Below, piece after piece: positions 12,766 through 27,911 of a stretch of 64,000 bases of DNA. Position 1 is the first letter of the stretch. Every line of letters begins with the position of its first letter. The notes beneath the pieces were generated by a model. The model searched no databases, was not told the DNA's origin, and worked only from the letters and a program-made list of their open reading frames with translations. The position numbers and the translations under genes were made by a program. The stretch spans positions 32,550,001 to 32,614,000 of the forward strand of contig CM022665.1 of the NCBI GenBank assembly GCA_012295275.1, read 5' to 3'. The stretch is from Chrysomallon squamiferum. Its lineage: Eukaryota; Animalia; Mollusca.

Positions 12766-14893
12766 GTAAAGTGCTACACATTCTAGTAAATAAAACAAAT
12801 TTCCATGAAACTTCAGGAACTTTCAATACATTTTTTAAAAGCCATATGGTTGGTGGATCTTGCCAAGGATTCCACATCAGCCTTTACTCGATAGAGAATG
12901 TTAGAATTAGCTATATTGGAAAGTGTCCTGACCACTCGTTTCAACTGAAGAGCTCTTTACTGCGCTGACAAGCAGAGAAATACACAAACTTTGAAGCTCC
13001 TCGGCTGTTTGTAGCAAGAACTTATTAAACTTGTAACCAAGGCGGAATGTAGCCTCTTGAAAAATAGTCCTCAAACCAGAACGCTATCGCAGATCAAAGG
13101 AACGAGCGTGAAGTGTGTAAAACATTGCTTTTTTTTCCCTTGAGGCTGTTGAAACAATCATTTCATTTTAGTTCACAGACCACAAGAGTAATAAAAGATA
13201 CACGCTATCAACAGAGAGCGTACAGTGGGTACGGTTTGAGAGATTAGCGTGTGCATACTTTTGCGTTTGCTGAAATACATACAGATGTTTGTAATCAGGT
13301 TACTTAACTTAAAGAAATTAAAATAGAATATGAAATACAGATGTAATAATAATAATAATAATAATAAAATCTTTGGAAAATATTTCAGTGTGTGTGTGTG
13401 ACTTTCTTTCTAGGTGCGTGTTTGTCTATATATGCGTCTTTACAATGCCATCTGATTTTTAAACTGAAAATCTAAATAGCTGAACTGAATCAACATATGC
13501 ATTCAATGCATAATGTATTAATTTTCAAATTTGTTGCACAGTCAAAAATACAAAATATTTTTGTCGATTCCAAGGTTTACATGCATATGTGTCTGTCAGC
13601 TTCACAAGACATTTAAAAATACGGTAAGGGTGTTATAAAACGTTAAAGAGAAAATGGCGACAAGATGATTTATATAAGCTTGAGCATGGTACAGACGTAC
13701 TGGTTTGAAGTGACATCCAAGTTGTTTTGAAATTAGCTGGTCACGATTTGAAACATAAAAAAGGAAAACTAAATAAACAGGTTTAATGGTTCTGAGATTT
13801 TATAGTTGCAATCACACGCGGAAGTTGGGTGTACACTTGATTTGTATTCCTCCCCCATTTTAAGCTAACCAGTGAAAAAAGTAATGAAATGCATATAATT
13901 TATGTTGAAAGTTATATTCACATTGATGATACCTCATTCAAAAAATCCTCGAACCGTCCCTGCATGTTTTGTATATGTTATTTGAAGTTTTATTTGTATT
14001 TTATTTTAAATATTTTGTTGTTGTTACTGCCATTGTTGTTTTTTTTGTTTATTATTGGATTTTTTCTTCCTTTTTTGTCCCCATTCAAAGGAAAATAATT
14101 TTTAAGATACAAATGCAGTTAACATAAACGTGTTAATAGTGATTTCTTGGATGATACTTTTTTTTTTTTTTTTTTTTTTACATTTAAAATAAAAATTTTT
14201 TTTAACAAATCTGACTTGATATGTAATATCTCTCAGAACCTTGCACATTTACTTAGAACAGTCACACGCTTCTCTCGTTCACGGAGAACTCTAGAATTAG
14301 AGAGTCAGACGAACGCAGCCTGGTTGCCTGGTGTCTGGAAGGATAAACACATGGATGGATAATTGAACGGTGATTAAAGTAATATATAAATTTATATTAC
14401 AATTATTAGCCATCCTTTTTCTATGTTTGAAGATTTATTTACTTCTGTAACTTCTACATTTGCATAGATTTTTGCGAAAAGGAGAGCATTTAAAATAACA
14501 TCTTTATCGGGCATAGATTATTATTATTATTATTTTGAGTGTTGGGAGGGTGTTTCAGAAGAAAGTGCATAATAATATTGCAAATCAAAGACTTTCTTGA
14601 AGATATAATTAAGAAAGAAAAATGTAAAGAAAAAAGAGGAAAAAACAAACGCGATATATCTCTAATTTCCTTTCATCACTAAGTTAGTGAACATCTAAAC
14701 GACGGAGATGCAAGAGCCGATCATATTTCAATGACGATTTTCATCCATTAATCGCCGCCGTACTCGAGCCACGGTACCGAGGATCAAAGAAAAATAGTAC
14801 TTACTTTGTCTATGTGCATAAATAACTGTGTCTGCTTTTATTACACTGGGGAACTCCTAAATACTTTTCCTTTCATAGACATAAACTTCTGAA

Positions 14894-14929
<36 letters not shown>

Positions 14930-15219
14930 AAGAAGATAATAATCGCAATTGCACAAGGTCAAAGAATTCGAGGTGTAATATTAAATCTAGAAGAAATAAA
15001 TTCTAAAAAACCTAGGAACATACCAGTAAGCTGCGAGGAATCTAGATTAATCTTAAGAATGTCAAAGCAGGGAAAAGAGTTTTCTGTAACGATGCACTCG
15101 TATAAGATATCATATGTGTTGTTAGGAACCACGTAGATAATGCCATTTTACGATAAGTACAAATTTAGTAGATCAACGTTAAATTCAAACAGAATTATAC
15201 TTAATGATGATACGGATTG

Positions 15220-15780
15220 TTAGAAGTAATAATAGTAGTAGTTATAGTATAAGTAATAGTGGTAATAGAAAAAGCTATAGAAATGGTAATAAGAGAAGCT
15301 GAAGTAGTTACAGTATAACAAGTAGTAATTGCAGCAGTAATAAAAATAGTAAAAACATTAGTAATAACAGTTGTAATAGAAACAGCAGTAGTAGTCATGG
15401 TGGTAGTAGCAGTAGTAGTTATTGTTGTTATCGTAGCAGCAGCTGAAGTAATAATAGTTGTATTACAGCTGTGGTGGTGATGGTGGTAGTAGTAGTAACT
15501 ATAGTGACGGAAGACGACTTACTGTAGCAACAGCAGCAGTATATAGTCAGTAATATATGTTTTTATTTTAATTTTATTTTAACTTTTTTTTTTTTTTTTT
15601 TTTTCTTTAAAAAAAAAAAATAAATAAAATAAAATAATAAATAAATAAATAAATAAATACTACTACTACTACTACTACTACTAATAATAATAATAATAAA
15701 TAAATAAATAAATAAACAAACAAACAAACAAACAAATAAATAAATAAACAAACGAACAAACAAACAAACAAACAAACAAA

Positions 15781-15817
<37 letters not shown>
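15220..15817. repeat. Compound SSR: degenerate (GTA)n, poly-T/poly-A, (ACT)n, (AAAT/AAAC)n
   Basis: Adjacent repeat units are directly visible. Confidence 0.9.
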
Positions 15818-15820
<3 letters not shown>

Positions 15821-18024
15821 TTGTTGTGAAGAAAATACTTAATTCAATCTTCAAAAAACTATTCGATCCTGCGATATGTGATTCCTAGGGGACTGAATTT
15901 ACAGAGTGAAATGTTGTATAAGTGAATGTTGGTATCAGAAAGTTACGTGGTGGCGAGCATTTGCTGAATACGGACAGTGTAACATATTCAGCGCTTTGTG
16001 CGTGGTTTATAATATGGGATTATGGTTTTTAAGACGCGGACAAAGCCACAACTCAAGTTCATACAGCAGTGACATAATTTATTGGTTCGCTGTTTATGCA
16101 GCTATACAGTGGGAGTGAATGGGGAAATTCTCAAAGTGTAATCAAAAGTTAACATCACAAAGCCTGCCAGCGGAGAGATTTGGAGTTTTTAACCACGCAG
16201 GTTTTCTTGTCACACGGGCACCCTTTGGTGTTGAGGGCGAACGACTGTACCGTGATGAACACGTACAGAAGTTTATGTTATTTATGTTGAAAGATCTTGT
16301 AACCCTTCTTTTCATACATGGTTTATGTTATTGTGTAGTCTCGACACAACGTGACAGAACTCGGGTGTATGCAAGGGTCGAAATTAATGTATGTGTTTTT
16401 GGTGGATTTTTCTTTCTTTCGTTGTTCTGTTCATTAGAAACCGACGATCTAAATATCAGCTGGTCTCAGATAAAGAGAGAATTGTGCTATTAAATTTATA
16501 TCTTTAAATGAGTTTTTATTTTATTATTATTATTTTTTTATTATTATTTGTTCTTGTTGTTGTTTATGATGACGATGATGATGTTACTGTTTAATTAATT
16601 TTTTATAAAATATACTCGGCTAATATTCAGTTCCTTTCTTTCTTCTTTCCAATGTTTGGTCTTATTCATTTCTTCGTTCTAAAATAATTATTTCTGAAAA
16701 TGTATAGATACCTGCCCTCCTTTTCTGGTAACTAAAATGTTGATTTTCTTTATTATTTTTCTGCCGTATGAAATATGTGAATGTTTTTATTCGTGTACAA
16801 CTGTCCCTCTTTGTTCCGCGATTTATACATTTCCTACCTTTTGTTAAACACGTATGAGCTAATTTGTGTGTTTGTGTCAGAGAAAGAGAACGAGAGAGAG
16901 AGATGTATATGTATCGAGATATAATTAATAATTAAATTTTCTTCACTTTTCTCAAGATTCATCTCTTTCTTCGTAGAAGTTAAAACAAAGCCGCAGTTAT
17001 CATTTATTTATTTCGCTTATCGGGATTTGCCGAACTACCAGGTGTGCGAGCTTCGGAAATATCCGTCAGCACGTGCCTCTGCTTTCAAAGTGGGAAAATA
17101 AGATCCTTTGTTATTTTGACTCGTCTCAATGCCACATATTCTTTAGAAGTATCCGATATGTACCACATATATAAAGATTCTAGTGAATTCGTTTATTTAT
17201 AATGAAATGATAACATAACTTATGTTGTAATCCTCAGTAGAGACGGTGTATGATACGTGAAGCTTGTGTGGCAGACGAGAACAGAGTTAGTCTACGGACA
17301 AGCTGAAGAACACTTTCATTCACTGAGGATTCAAGCAAATGTGTCCTGGTTACAGCTCGAGAGTTTCGGCTGAGTATCTAAGTTAGTATTACGTACAACA
17401 ACAACAAACAATACTTACGATGACGTGTGGAATAGATTAATATAAATTATATGGCAGTAGTACATTTTTTAAATCTATATCGATGACATTTTGGTTAGAA
17501 CTGCTCTAACTTTAAGAAAATAATGAAACTTAGAGAAAACCCTAACATATCATGTGCTAAACAGTTGAATACGTATATATATATGGGTAATATATAACTG
17601 TAGATAATGTAAAAATGAATCATATTAAATATCATAGAATAACGTATTTACAAACGGAAGCTGTGTTTTACATCTATAAAATTTATTCCTATAAGGCTGT
17701 AATCTCTCCCCTTAAATCTGAACGTTAAGCTACTGATGACGCTTTCAAATATTCATAGACAGGAAGCGTGATATGTTATAGAGTTCACTAAGTAAATAGG
17801 GAATGCATGTAAATTTCCTCTTCACCTATATCTTAATGTAATGTTAGACAGTTTGGTATATTACAGTATCTAAATATTTATTATTATGAACTTAGTATTA
17901 CCCTCACGAATTAAAATAAAGGCCGGGACAATTCTGTGGAATGACAGAGGATGACTGAGCCAAAAACAAATGACGGATTACACACCAGTGATTAATTACG
18001 ATAGTATTTCTGTAGGTGATTAAT

Positions 18025-18221
18025 ATATCTGTGTGTACGTCTATGTGTGTGCGTGTTCGTATGTATATAAGTGTATATGCATATATATTCGTATGCGTTT
18101 GTGTTTATGTGTGTATGTATTTGTATATAAATGTGTGTGTGTATGCATATATATATACGTATGCGCGTGTGTGTATATTTGTGTGTATGTTTGTGTGTAC
18201 GTTTCAAATCTTTCGTTGTAG

Positions 18222-18263
<42 letters not shown>

Positions 18264-18270
18264 GTTATTA
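18025..18270. repeat. Degenerate (TG/TA)n followed by (ATT)n
   Basis: Directly visible; explains the V/C/Y-rich ORFs. Confidence 0.9.
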
Positions 18271-18839
18271 TATTTATTTAGTCAGCATACTAAGTCATGT
18301 GTGACGGTAAATACACGCAAGACACATGATCTGAAGTCAGACAGTTTTTAAAGTAAAAGAAAATGGCTGCAGGGTATGTTCTAGAAAGAGAGAGAGGTTA
18401 CGTTAATGTGACGAGTTATATGTATTTATGTATGAGACTTATGAGCCAGAACAGTTTGAGCCGGGAGGAAAATTCCTTAATAAATTACTTTCTTCATTGC
18501 TCTGTGTAACAACCTAGTGCATCCAGATATAAGCGTTATTTTAATGCTGGCGCGTGTTAATTTGATGCTATGACTGATAGCAGGCATCCGACATATAACC
18601 GTTGAAGCATGTCTTTCTTGTCTTGTGCACAACATATGACTTTGTTAGAGAGTTCTCTCCAAAGAAATGATAGTTATTTCCCTGTGTTTCTGTTTTATTC
18701 TCTCTTTCTCTTTGTATCTGTCCATCACTCCTTCCGTGATTTTTTTTTTTTTTTTAACTAAATGTACGTGTGCACATCTCTTTCTCTTTTTCTCTTCTGG
18801 TTCAGTATCTTTCTCTCAGAGTAAGTGAGATATAGCCTG

Positions 18840-18841
<2 letters not shown>

Positions 18842-18886
<45 letters not shown>
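18842..18886. repeat. (AC)n microsatellite
   Basis: Pure AC run. Confidence 0.97.
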
Positions 18887-18891
<5 letters not shown>

Positions 18892-19967
18892 GGTGATTTT
18901 CAGAAATGAAAATTATAATAAATAAAAGAAGTGCGAGTACGACAATCAGTGAGTGAATTGGAGATCTCTGTAAAAGTTTTAAAAATTATCTGTCTAATTA
19001 TTTTTAATTTATTCGTTGCGAGTATATGTCTAAATCTGTTTATAATTACAAGATATTAAAACAGATCGATAAATGGTCCAGAAGATGTACATTCATTATC
19101 AGCCCGTTCTGTAATAGGTTATTTATATTAATTCCGTCTTTTCTCCAGACCACTGAAAGCATTACGATATTTTTTACTTACTTTCAGACAATGATAAACT
19201 GAAATGAAAGGAGTACTGCCGTTTACATAATGTGTTTCACTTTGTCATTTCCTCAAGGCTTTCGTCACCTGCACCTGTCCTTCGTGTGGTCGCTTTTAAT
19301 TCCACATTCCTGAAAGACGACTTTAAACGAATACCTTTCATTACTACACTTTGGTCTTTAAAGCGAGCGACTTGGGTAAAAATACAGAAGCTCCACCAAA
19401 AATCTGATATTTACGTAGAAATTTCGAGAAGGTTGAATGCTTCTCTGAGGGTTTGAGACACAGAAACATAAAAGAAATGTTTCGCATCTGTGAGTTACAA
19501 CATCATCTGTCTGACGTCTGCAGTCTCTCTTGGTGGGTGCGATCGAGACAGGTGTGTCTCACTCCACCCACGCGTGTCACACCCCAGACAACTCGACAAC
19601 TTCCAGTATTTGAAAAGATATTCGAAAGTTCCTGTCCTTATGGATGGTAATATATAAATGTAATACGTTATCTATCATTTAAAAGACGATACTTTCACTT
19701 TATATAGATTAAGAATTTAGCTCACTAGTCAGATAGAAGGAACTTTGAAATTTTAGGTTTATTTATATTATGCATATATATATATTTTTTCTATCTTTCT
19801 GCTGTTTTGCTTATATATGTGTGTATATATAAGTATGAATAAAATTCTCACTCTATACGTATGTATGTGTGTTTGTCTGTGTGTCTGTCTGCCTGCCTGC
19901 CTGTCTGCTAGTTTTCTGTCTGCTATTACATACAGACAAGCACAACTGCATTCCACGATTAAATTCT

Positions 19968-19979
19968 TTATTATTTATT

Positions 19980-20051
<72 letters not shown>
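19968..20051. repeat. (ATTT)n plus (ATT)n microsatellite
   Basis: Directly visible. Confidence 0.95.
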
Positions 20052-23000
20052 TTTAATTAGTTCACAATGAAAAAGTGGTACAATTGCATTAGTTATTGAT
20101 TTTAAGCCTTTGAGGATAGCGGGTTCGGAACTAGCTAAAGATTATTTTACTACAATTCTTGGTGAGGCCTAATACATATATCGCATATTTCTCTACGTTT
20201 TACTTTGTGCTCATTTTTACTGGCTAGTTTGTAGCAATGTTTAGGAAGACAGTCGTGTCTGAACCTTTAGTGCTTGTAATAGTTTTAACGTGGTCGATGA
20301 ATCACCTGATCTACCTTCACCAAATGTCGATTTATAGATTAAAAAGCGTTTCGCAGTTGTGTAGTAAGCCTTATTTTAATATCATTTTCATTTCCATAGC
20401 TTGGTTGGCTGGATATAAGAATTATGAAACATTCTAAACAAACTTGTCTAGCTTCATCAGTCTGGAGTCCAGTAAAATCCTTCTGAAACATCTTTACAAG
20501 TTTATAATTTTTCTTTTCTTTTGGAGTATTATGTGTTATCATCAAAATCAAATTTTTTTAAATACACGATATTTTAAATGCTACTTCTAATTCAAAATAT
20601 AGTATTGTGACTTAAGCAACAGTTTATCGTGCAGGGTCTCAGATAAACATTATCTTATCAAAGGTAATAATATTTTACATACAGATCAGGACTGCTAGAA
20701 CATAGTTTTCTATGCAGAATTTTTTTTTTTTTTTAATTACTTCATTATGTACGTAACAAAATATTCGATACCGCGTCTTTTCATACTAGAAAGATAAAAC
20801 AGTTGACCTTCTGCGGTGAGTTTTAAGGTTAATATCTTTTGATGTTTGATGTTTGACTGCCATTTCGGACATTAAAAGAAAAGAAAAAACTAGGTAATGA
20901 TAGAAAATGATTAAACGATGCAGTAAGTCAGAACACCTGGTAATTCAATATGTCGTGTGTCTGTGCATAGCAATTAAAAATAAATCAGTTCTTTATTCCT
21001 TGGACGTCTGCACCAATCAAGGTCACAACATCTTGTTCTGATCACAACATAAAATACTCGACTTGTCCTTGATTTTTTGTTCTTTCATAATCTCTGTGCT
21101 GTGTAAACATAAACGTACGAAAATGTTTTATAACAAAAATAAAAAATAAAAAATGTATAGCATTTATAATTTAATACCGTTGTAGTAACATATATGTATA
21201 TATATATATATGTATCTATATACATATATAGATACATATAAATTGGGTATCTTTTATGGTCTATTTTTTTTTTTTTTTTTTTTTTTTTATATAGCGTATC
21301 TGGTATTGTTGTTGTTGTTGCTGTTATTATTATTATTATCATTTTAAACTTATTTATATATATTATTATATATTAGTTTTCACTACTAGTATTTTATAGC
21401 TAATTTTTATTTATATGATATATTAAAATACCAGTGAGTTTTTATTTATTTACTTTTTTTATTTACATTATTTTGTATAATAGGGTATATATTTGTTTTA
21501 GTGTTCTTGTGTTAGTGTTCTTCTATTTTTAATTTTGAAGGTTTTGGGGTTTTTTTTTCACTGTCGATCCTTCATTTCAACGATTAATAGTGGAGAGAAA
21601 ATACAAAAGTCTGGGCAATCGCGAATGTAAACATTAACCTTAAAATTTACCGAAACATTAAACTTTAGTACACATAACATATATAAATCAGTAACATACT
21701 AATTTAACAACACTATACAGATATAAAAAGAAAATGTCAGACAGTATATGTAAAGAAAACTTTACAGTAGAAAACAATGTAGGCTATGTTGAGTGAAGTT
21801 TGTTAGGTTAGAATGGTTACAGATGCAACTGTAAAATGTACTTTTACCTTGACTGTAGTTGCCGTATAGTGGGTCATACAGGTAATATTTCAAGTGAGTA
21901 CTGGCGGTAAGTTAAAATTTTGCGATTTTTCCGGATTTGTTTTTAATTTTTATCTGTTTTCTACAGTATAATATGTTTGTTTATTTTGTACAGTATATAT
22001 GGGTATGTTTTAAATTTTTATTTATTTTAACATAATACAGATATACCTATCTACCTTCACACACGCACGCACACACACACACACACACTCACACGTACAG
22101 ACACATACACACAGAAATTTTATTTTATTACCATTTTCAGATCTTATGAATATCTCACTTGTACATGTTGTGCATACATATACAGTTTCTTTCTCCTTTC
22201 TTAAATCTGTTTCTCAGTTCTGATTACGAACAGCTTCAAAATACTTTACTGCCAATTTCCACTGTCTCATACACACGTTGCAATCACTGTAATTCATCTC
22301 TCTACAACAGACATGAACCAGCTTAGAATCTTTCCTCTCTCTCGTTTTCGGTGGCTATTATCCCCTCCACTACCTGTTGAAAATTAGGCGTTATCATATT
22401 ACACAGGCTGTAAAAATGTGCAGATGTCAGTGACAAGAAGCCGGCAGAACAGACAAGACAATACATGGGTACCCGAAGCACCACTCTTTCACCACCCACC
22501 CACCTTTCGTGCCGCCGGTTATGGGATTCTAAATATTCCAGCTGAATTGATTTCTTATGTTAGACCATTCTGTGGTGTTGGTTCGTTTGTGATTTACTGG
22601 GCTCTCGTTCGGCTTGTGCACGACTCGGCTTTCGTTATCGTTTTGCACTCCGCTTGCCGGTATCTTTTTTCCACTACCGTCTTGGAAAATTAATAGCGAC
22701 GACTAACCCTACTTGTGTGTGTCACACATGCCGGGTGTAGAGTTTACAAGAGATTTTCACCGCTGTATGCTTCAATATGGTCGAAGTACTAGGGTTTCAG
22801 TTAACGATAGTTCGTTATAACGGGTGAATGCTTTGTTGTTCCTTGAAGCGTATTGTTGTGCGTGTATCCGTTCAAGCTGCTAAGCACGTTCTCGTGGACT
22901 CGTAGATAAGGAGTCAAGATTTGTTTGCTCTTCGCTATTAGAATGTTAGTTAGAGTCCACGCTTCAAAAGAAAGGAATAGTTTCTTAACCTCTGCCTTGA

Positions 23001-23101
23001 GGTTATGGTTAATAATTGTCTTCATCTTGGTTTTTATTATAATTATTATGTTTAGGGTTTTTGTAATTGTTATTGTTGTTGTTGCTGTTGTTATTTAGGA
23101 C

Positions 23102-23103
<2 letters not shown>

Positions 23104-23161
<58 letters not shown>
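23104..23161. repeat. (TTA)n microsatellite
   Basis: Pure triplet run. Confidence 0.95.
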
Positions 23162-25400
23162 TTCTTTTCTTTATTTTATTTTATTTTTTTTTCTTTATTT
23201 ACTTATGTTTGTGCATATATTTGTTATAGACTGGTTATTTTAATGACTCACTGAATTAAAGAGAAAAATTTATTACCAAATGAAATATTAATTTGATATC
23301 AAGTTTAAGTTAATTCCTCCGCATATGAAATCTTTCGTTTATAAGTGACATATGCATGATAACCGTCATACTTATGTTAATATATATATATATGTGCATG
23401 CCACATATGCTAAACTTTTTCTTGGCAGCAAGTTTCCTTTTTGCATATACTTAAAAATATTGTTACAAGAGAAGGTCTAATTATGTAGATTTGCTTACGA
23501 GTTGTAATCCCATCTTAAAACGGCTGAATGACGGCTGCTGCTTCTCACTGTCGACAAATAACGCATAAAGATGTCTTGCTGATTGATTTGTCAAGACTTC
23601 TGCGAAGACCAAGTTAGTTTTTATCGCAATAATCGTATCTGAATACGTCTGTGTTTGAAGTTAGGATATTTTATATGTCGTGCAATGCAACTTAACGGAT
23701 CTAAATCAAAGGTCTCAATGGACACATTTTTATATGAGTGTTTAAGCCAATAATACACTTGTGCTAGTTGCTAATACATAGATGTATCGTGTAGTCATGT
23801 TTACAGTCTTTCTTTTTCTTCGACGTAATTCACGCACGCACGTCGAATAATTATTTTATCTCATTAACACATACCTACATATGTTTCCCATTGATCTTTC
23901 ACATTCAGATCTGTGTATCTCTATATCCGTATGTTTGTCTATCCGACACACACACACCTTTATCATCTCTATATTTGTCTGTGTCAAAACCGGATATGAA
24001 TACTATTTAATATTTTTCTAATATTTAACATAATAACTGTTAAAAGTGAGTCCGTGGATTATAAAGATTCTAATAGTTAAATAAATTTGCATATGTTAAT
24101 GTGTATTGCCAGTTCACTGAACGTGTATCAAAAATGCTTTACGCGTTATTGCTATCTATACGGTGTAAACCGCTGAATGTGTCTGTGTCTTAACATATAT
24201 AAACAGCAGACTAACATCAAACAAAGGTCACGCTAAATTTCTAAAACTCTTAATAATTTTACGCCGGGAATCATCAAAGGGATAAAATCTGATTTAATTA
24301 TATCCATGTACGAATAATTACCTTTATTTTCTCTAATTCTCTTTAATGACGGGAGGCTGATGTAAGGACAGGGAAAGTGATACTCTTGTCTGCTTGTTGT
24401 TGGCAGTCATTTTGGATTGGCTCGACTTGGTCAAGTTACAGAGCTGTAAAGCAGAAGTCGTTATCTAAACATTTTAAAAATATATATCACAAGAATTGTT
24501 AATTTATAGTTTGTATCTGATTTTCTTTTTGTAAGTTTCACATTACTGAAATGTAAGCATGTTAATTTTACTCGGTTTTTTAGGTATTGGGATACTAACT
24601 TAAGTAATTCACTGTTATGACATAATATTTAGTTTCATTATCAAGTACAAACTATCATGTAATACGCGTGTTACAATGCAATATTTATTAATATTATTTG
24701 TGTGTGTGAGTGTATGTGTGTGTGCGCGCGCGCCTTTGTGTGTGTGTGTGTGTGATAGTCTTTTGTTTTCTTTACGTACCTAAAATAATACAACTCGCGC
24801 AAAGATGTATTTAATTATTTAATTTCCAAAACTGTAAATTTCAGCTTGACAGAATTTATTTTCTAATGAAGACTAGTTTTGAATTATACTAAAATAAGTT
24901 AATATAGTTTATATATTTGTATGATTAATAAACACATTTTGCATAATTTAAAAAAAAATAGAAAGTTTTTAATTTTTTTTTTTTTATATATATTAAAACA
25001 AAATGAAATTACTATTTAAACATATGTACATATGAAATAAACCAGATGACGTTCTCACGAACCATTTAGGGGTGGGGGGAAATCATTTCTGTGTGCATAA
25101 TAAATACATAAACTGTTTCAAATTATATATACATATACATCTGAACTATCAGTTCTCTGGCAAGCAGCTGACTTAATTTGTATTCTGTCTGTCCGACTTG
25201 GTATATGCGTATTTATGGTGTATATATGTATGTGTATGTGTATATATTAATGTATATATATGTGTGTTTTTCTGTGGCAGGTATGGCTGAGTATGTACGT
25301 ACGTACATGTGTATGTATGTATATGTATGAATCTATGCATAGACTGGTAGATGTAATACAATTATGTATGTATGTTTGTAGATTTTAAGTCTTATTGTTG

Positions 25401-25403
<3 letters not shown>

Positions 25404-25480
<77 letters not shown>

Positions 25481-25488
25481 ATTATTAT
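25404..25488. repeat. Compound (ATT)n(GTT)n microsatellite
   Basis: Directly visible. Confidence 0.95.
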
Positions 25489-27910
25489 AGTTTGAAACTG
25501 AAGCATATCTCCTACTGCGACATGAACCTATTTCTTTCACGTCCAGGTTGAGATAATTACAACAGGACGCCAACGCGTGTTGTCGATAGATGAACACTAA
25601 GTTATTTCATTCTGCATTGCTGTTGATGCTTTACTGGCGAGGAAGAAAGAGGTCGCTATACAAGAGCAGGTCAATATTAACACTCGGAGCTGACTGTAAC
25701 ATCAAAGAGACCAAACTGTCTACTCAAGTAGCCAAAAAAGGATGTATATATTATGTAAATGTTGGTTACACAAGATATATCGCGTTTTTTACACTGCCTG
25801 TAACTCGCTAAGTAGTTTATGTGTCAACTTAATTTCCTGCTTCTCTTTAAATAAAAGAGAACTGAGATTAAAGAAAGAAAACGTAGTCAGAAAGAGGAGT
25901 TCAAACTTAAAGGGGTGAAAAGACGGTTGTAAATACTAATAGCCGAAAATAATTGTAAGAAACATAAAGAACTATTCTTTTTAATATGTATTCCAAATTA
26001 TATTTAAAAATGAGGTTGTACTTTAAGTCAATAATAAAAATGCATCTGTGCGTACATGAAAGCACATACATACACAGACATATTTATATACATACTTACA
26101 GATATAGGTAGCTGTAAATATATAATTTGTAAATACCTGTATTGTAAACATAAATTAGGCAACGTATTGTATGTAACAGTATCTATATATGTATGTACCT
26201 ATATGTCTGTGTGGGAATACATTTACCATTGACTTATATACTTCGGTATTTTTATATATAAAGATAAAATTCAATTTTATAATAACCAAGTTAGCAATAT
26301 TAAAACACACGTACATACACACACGCAAACCGATATAGGCAAATGAACACACACACCTACAACACACACGTACACAAAATACTTTACGGATCGACTATAA
26401 AAATTTTCCTTTTTAAAAAATAAAAATAAATAAATAAAATAAAATAAAATAATAAAATAAAGTAACTTATTTATACAGCTCACAAGACTATACTAAATGA
26501 AACCTCGCACTTCAAAAATATTCCCACATATCTGAAAAAAGAAACACACCACAGGTGATCTATTGCAGAAAATGTCAGTTTCAGTTTTCACAGCTGACAG
26601 TTTACAAAATCTGATCACTTTCCTCTTTTTTATTTCTTTTCAATTTGTAAACTACACAAAGCCTCTGATTGACTAGTCTTCTACATACAGTATTACCACT
26701 GCTCAAAGCGGCTAGATCGGACCATATAAATATTAGCTCGTTTTTTCTTCTTCTTGCAAATACTCATACAACCACCCTCGCCGTTACCAACTTCTGACGC
26801 CTGCCCCCTCCCCGTCTTCTCCAGTGTCTCTTTCTGGATTGAACAAGTTACACGTTAAATGCGACGGGCCTGGGTATGAGCACGCTTGGTCACCCTATAA
26901 GGGTATCATTATGCCTCGATACAACCGATAAGCCGGGTCGGTTAGGATAAAACACATTCTATTTACTTCAAAAGAAAGTCTGGTTGACCGGTCTGTCGAG
27001 GTGACAGCATCTCTTAACACTGGGATCTCTATCAGTTTATGTTTCTACGCTTATTGTTTAAAAAAAAAAATAAAAAAAATCAGAAGAAGAAGAATAAAAC
27101 GGAGAGAAGGTGAAAAAAAAAAAAAAAATTAAAAAAAAAAAAAAGCTCATGTTATATTTTGGTAGCACACGTGGGGTATTTTATAGCAAAATTTGTGAAC
27201 ACCCTAGTTTTCGATTTTGTACCTTGATAATATGACGCTCAACAATAAAATGTGCATGACTGCTCCGTAATAATAAAAGCAGGTTGTTGTGATTGTCGAA
27301 ACTGATGGCAAAAAGGAGGAATAAAGAAGAGAAAAACACAAAGGAAAAATAAAACTCAAATAACTACATACAAATCCATTATCTTCAATCAAAAAGCATT
27401 GGCTTGAAGCGGACGTCTTCTGAATTCTAAATGCTGTTAGTGCTACTGTGTTTTTGTAAATGTGTATGTGTGTCCGTGTGAGAGACAGACAAAGACAGAT
27501 GAAGAGATAGACAGTCCAAGACATGGAGAGAGGCAGGCACGTTATTCGAAACATTGTTATTATTAACATTTAATATTCTTGGTATAACTTAATAAGCAAA
27601 ATCAATTAATCAACCCGTATTACATACAATACCTTATAAACATTAAACAAAAAGGCTTAAAATATAGTACTTTTATAATATTTCAAATGAAAAAAATTTT
27701 GCAAACTTGAACACATAAAGAAAAATAGTAATATTCAAAACTTCCATTCATACTTCGAAGTCTGGTATAAAATTTCAAACACTTTAGCCATTTTGCCCGA
27801 ATATCAGGCTTATAAAACAGTCACAGCAAATATGAATCAAGTTTGTTTCATATCAAAATTATCTACACATTCAACGTTACAAAATGATGCACTATTATCA
27901 AGAACGTAAC

Positions 27911-27911
<1 letters not shown>

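Noticed and set aside
14281-14290. Partial miR-184 match ACGGAGAACT
   Set aside because: Only 10 nt, the seed start does not match, and no convincing precursor was seen.
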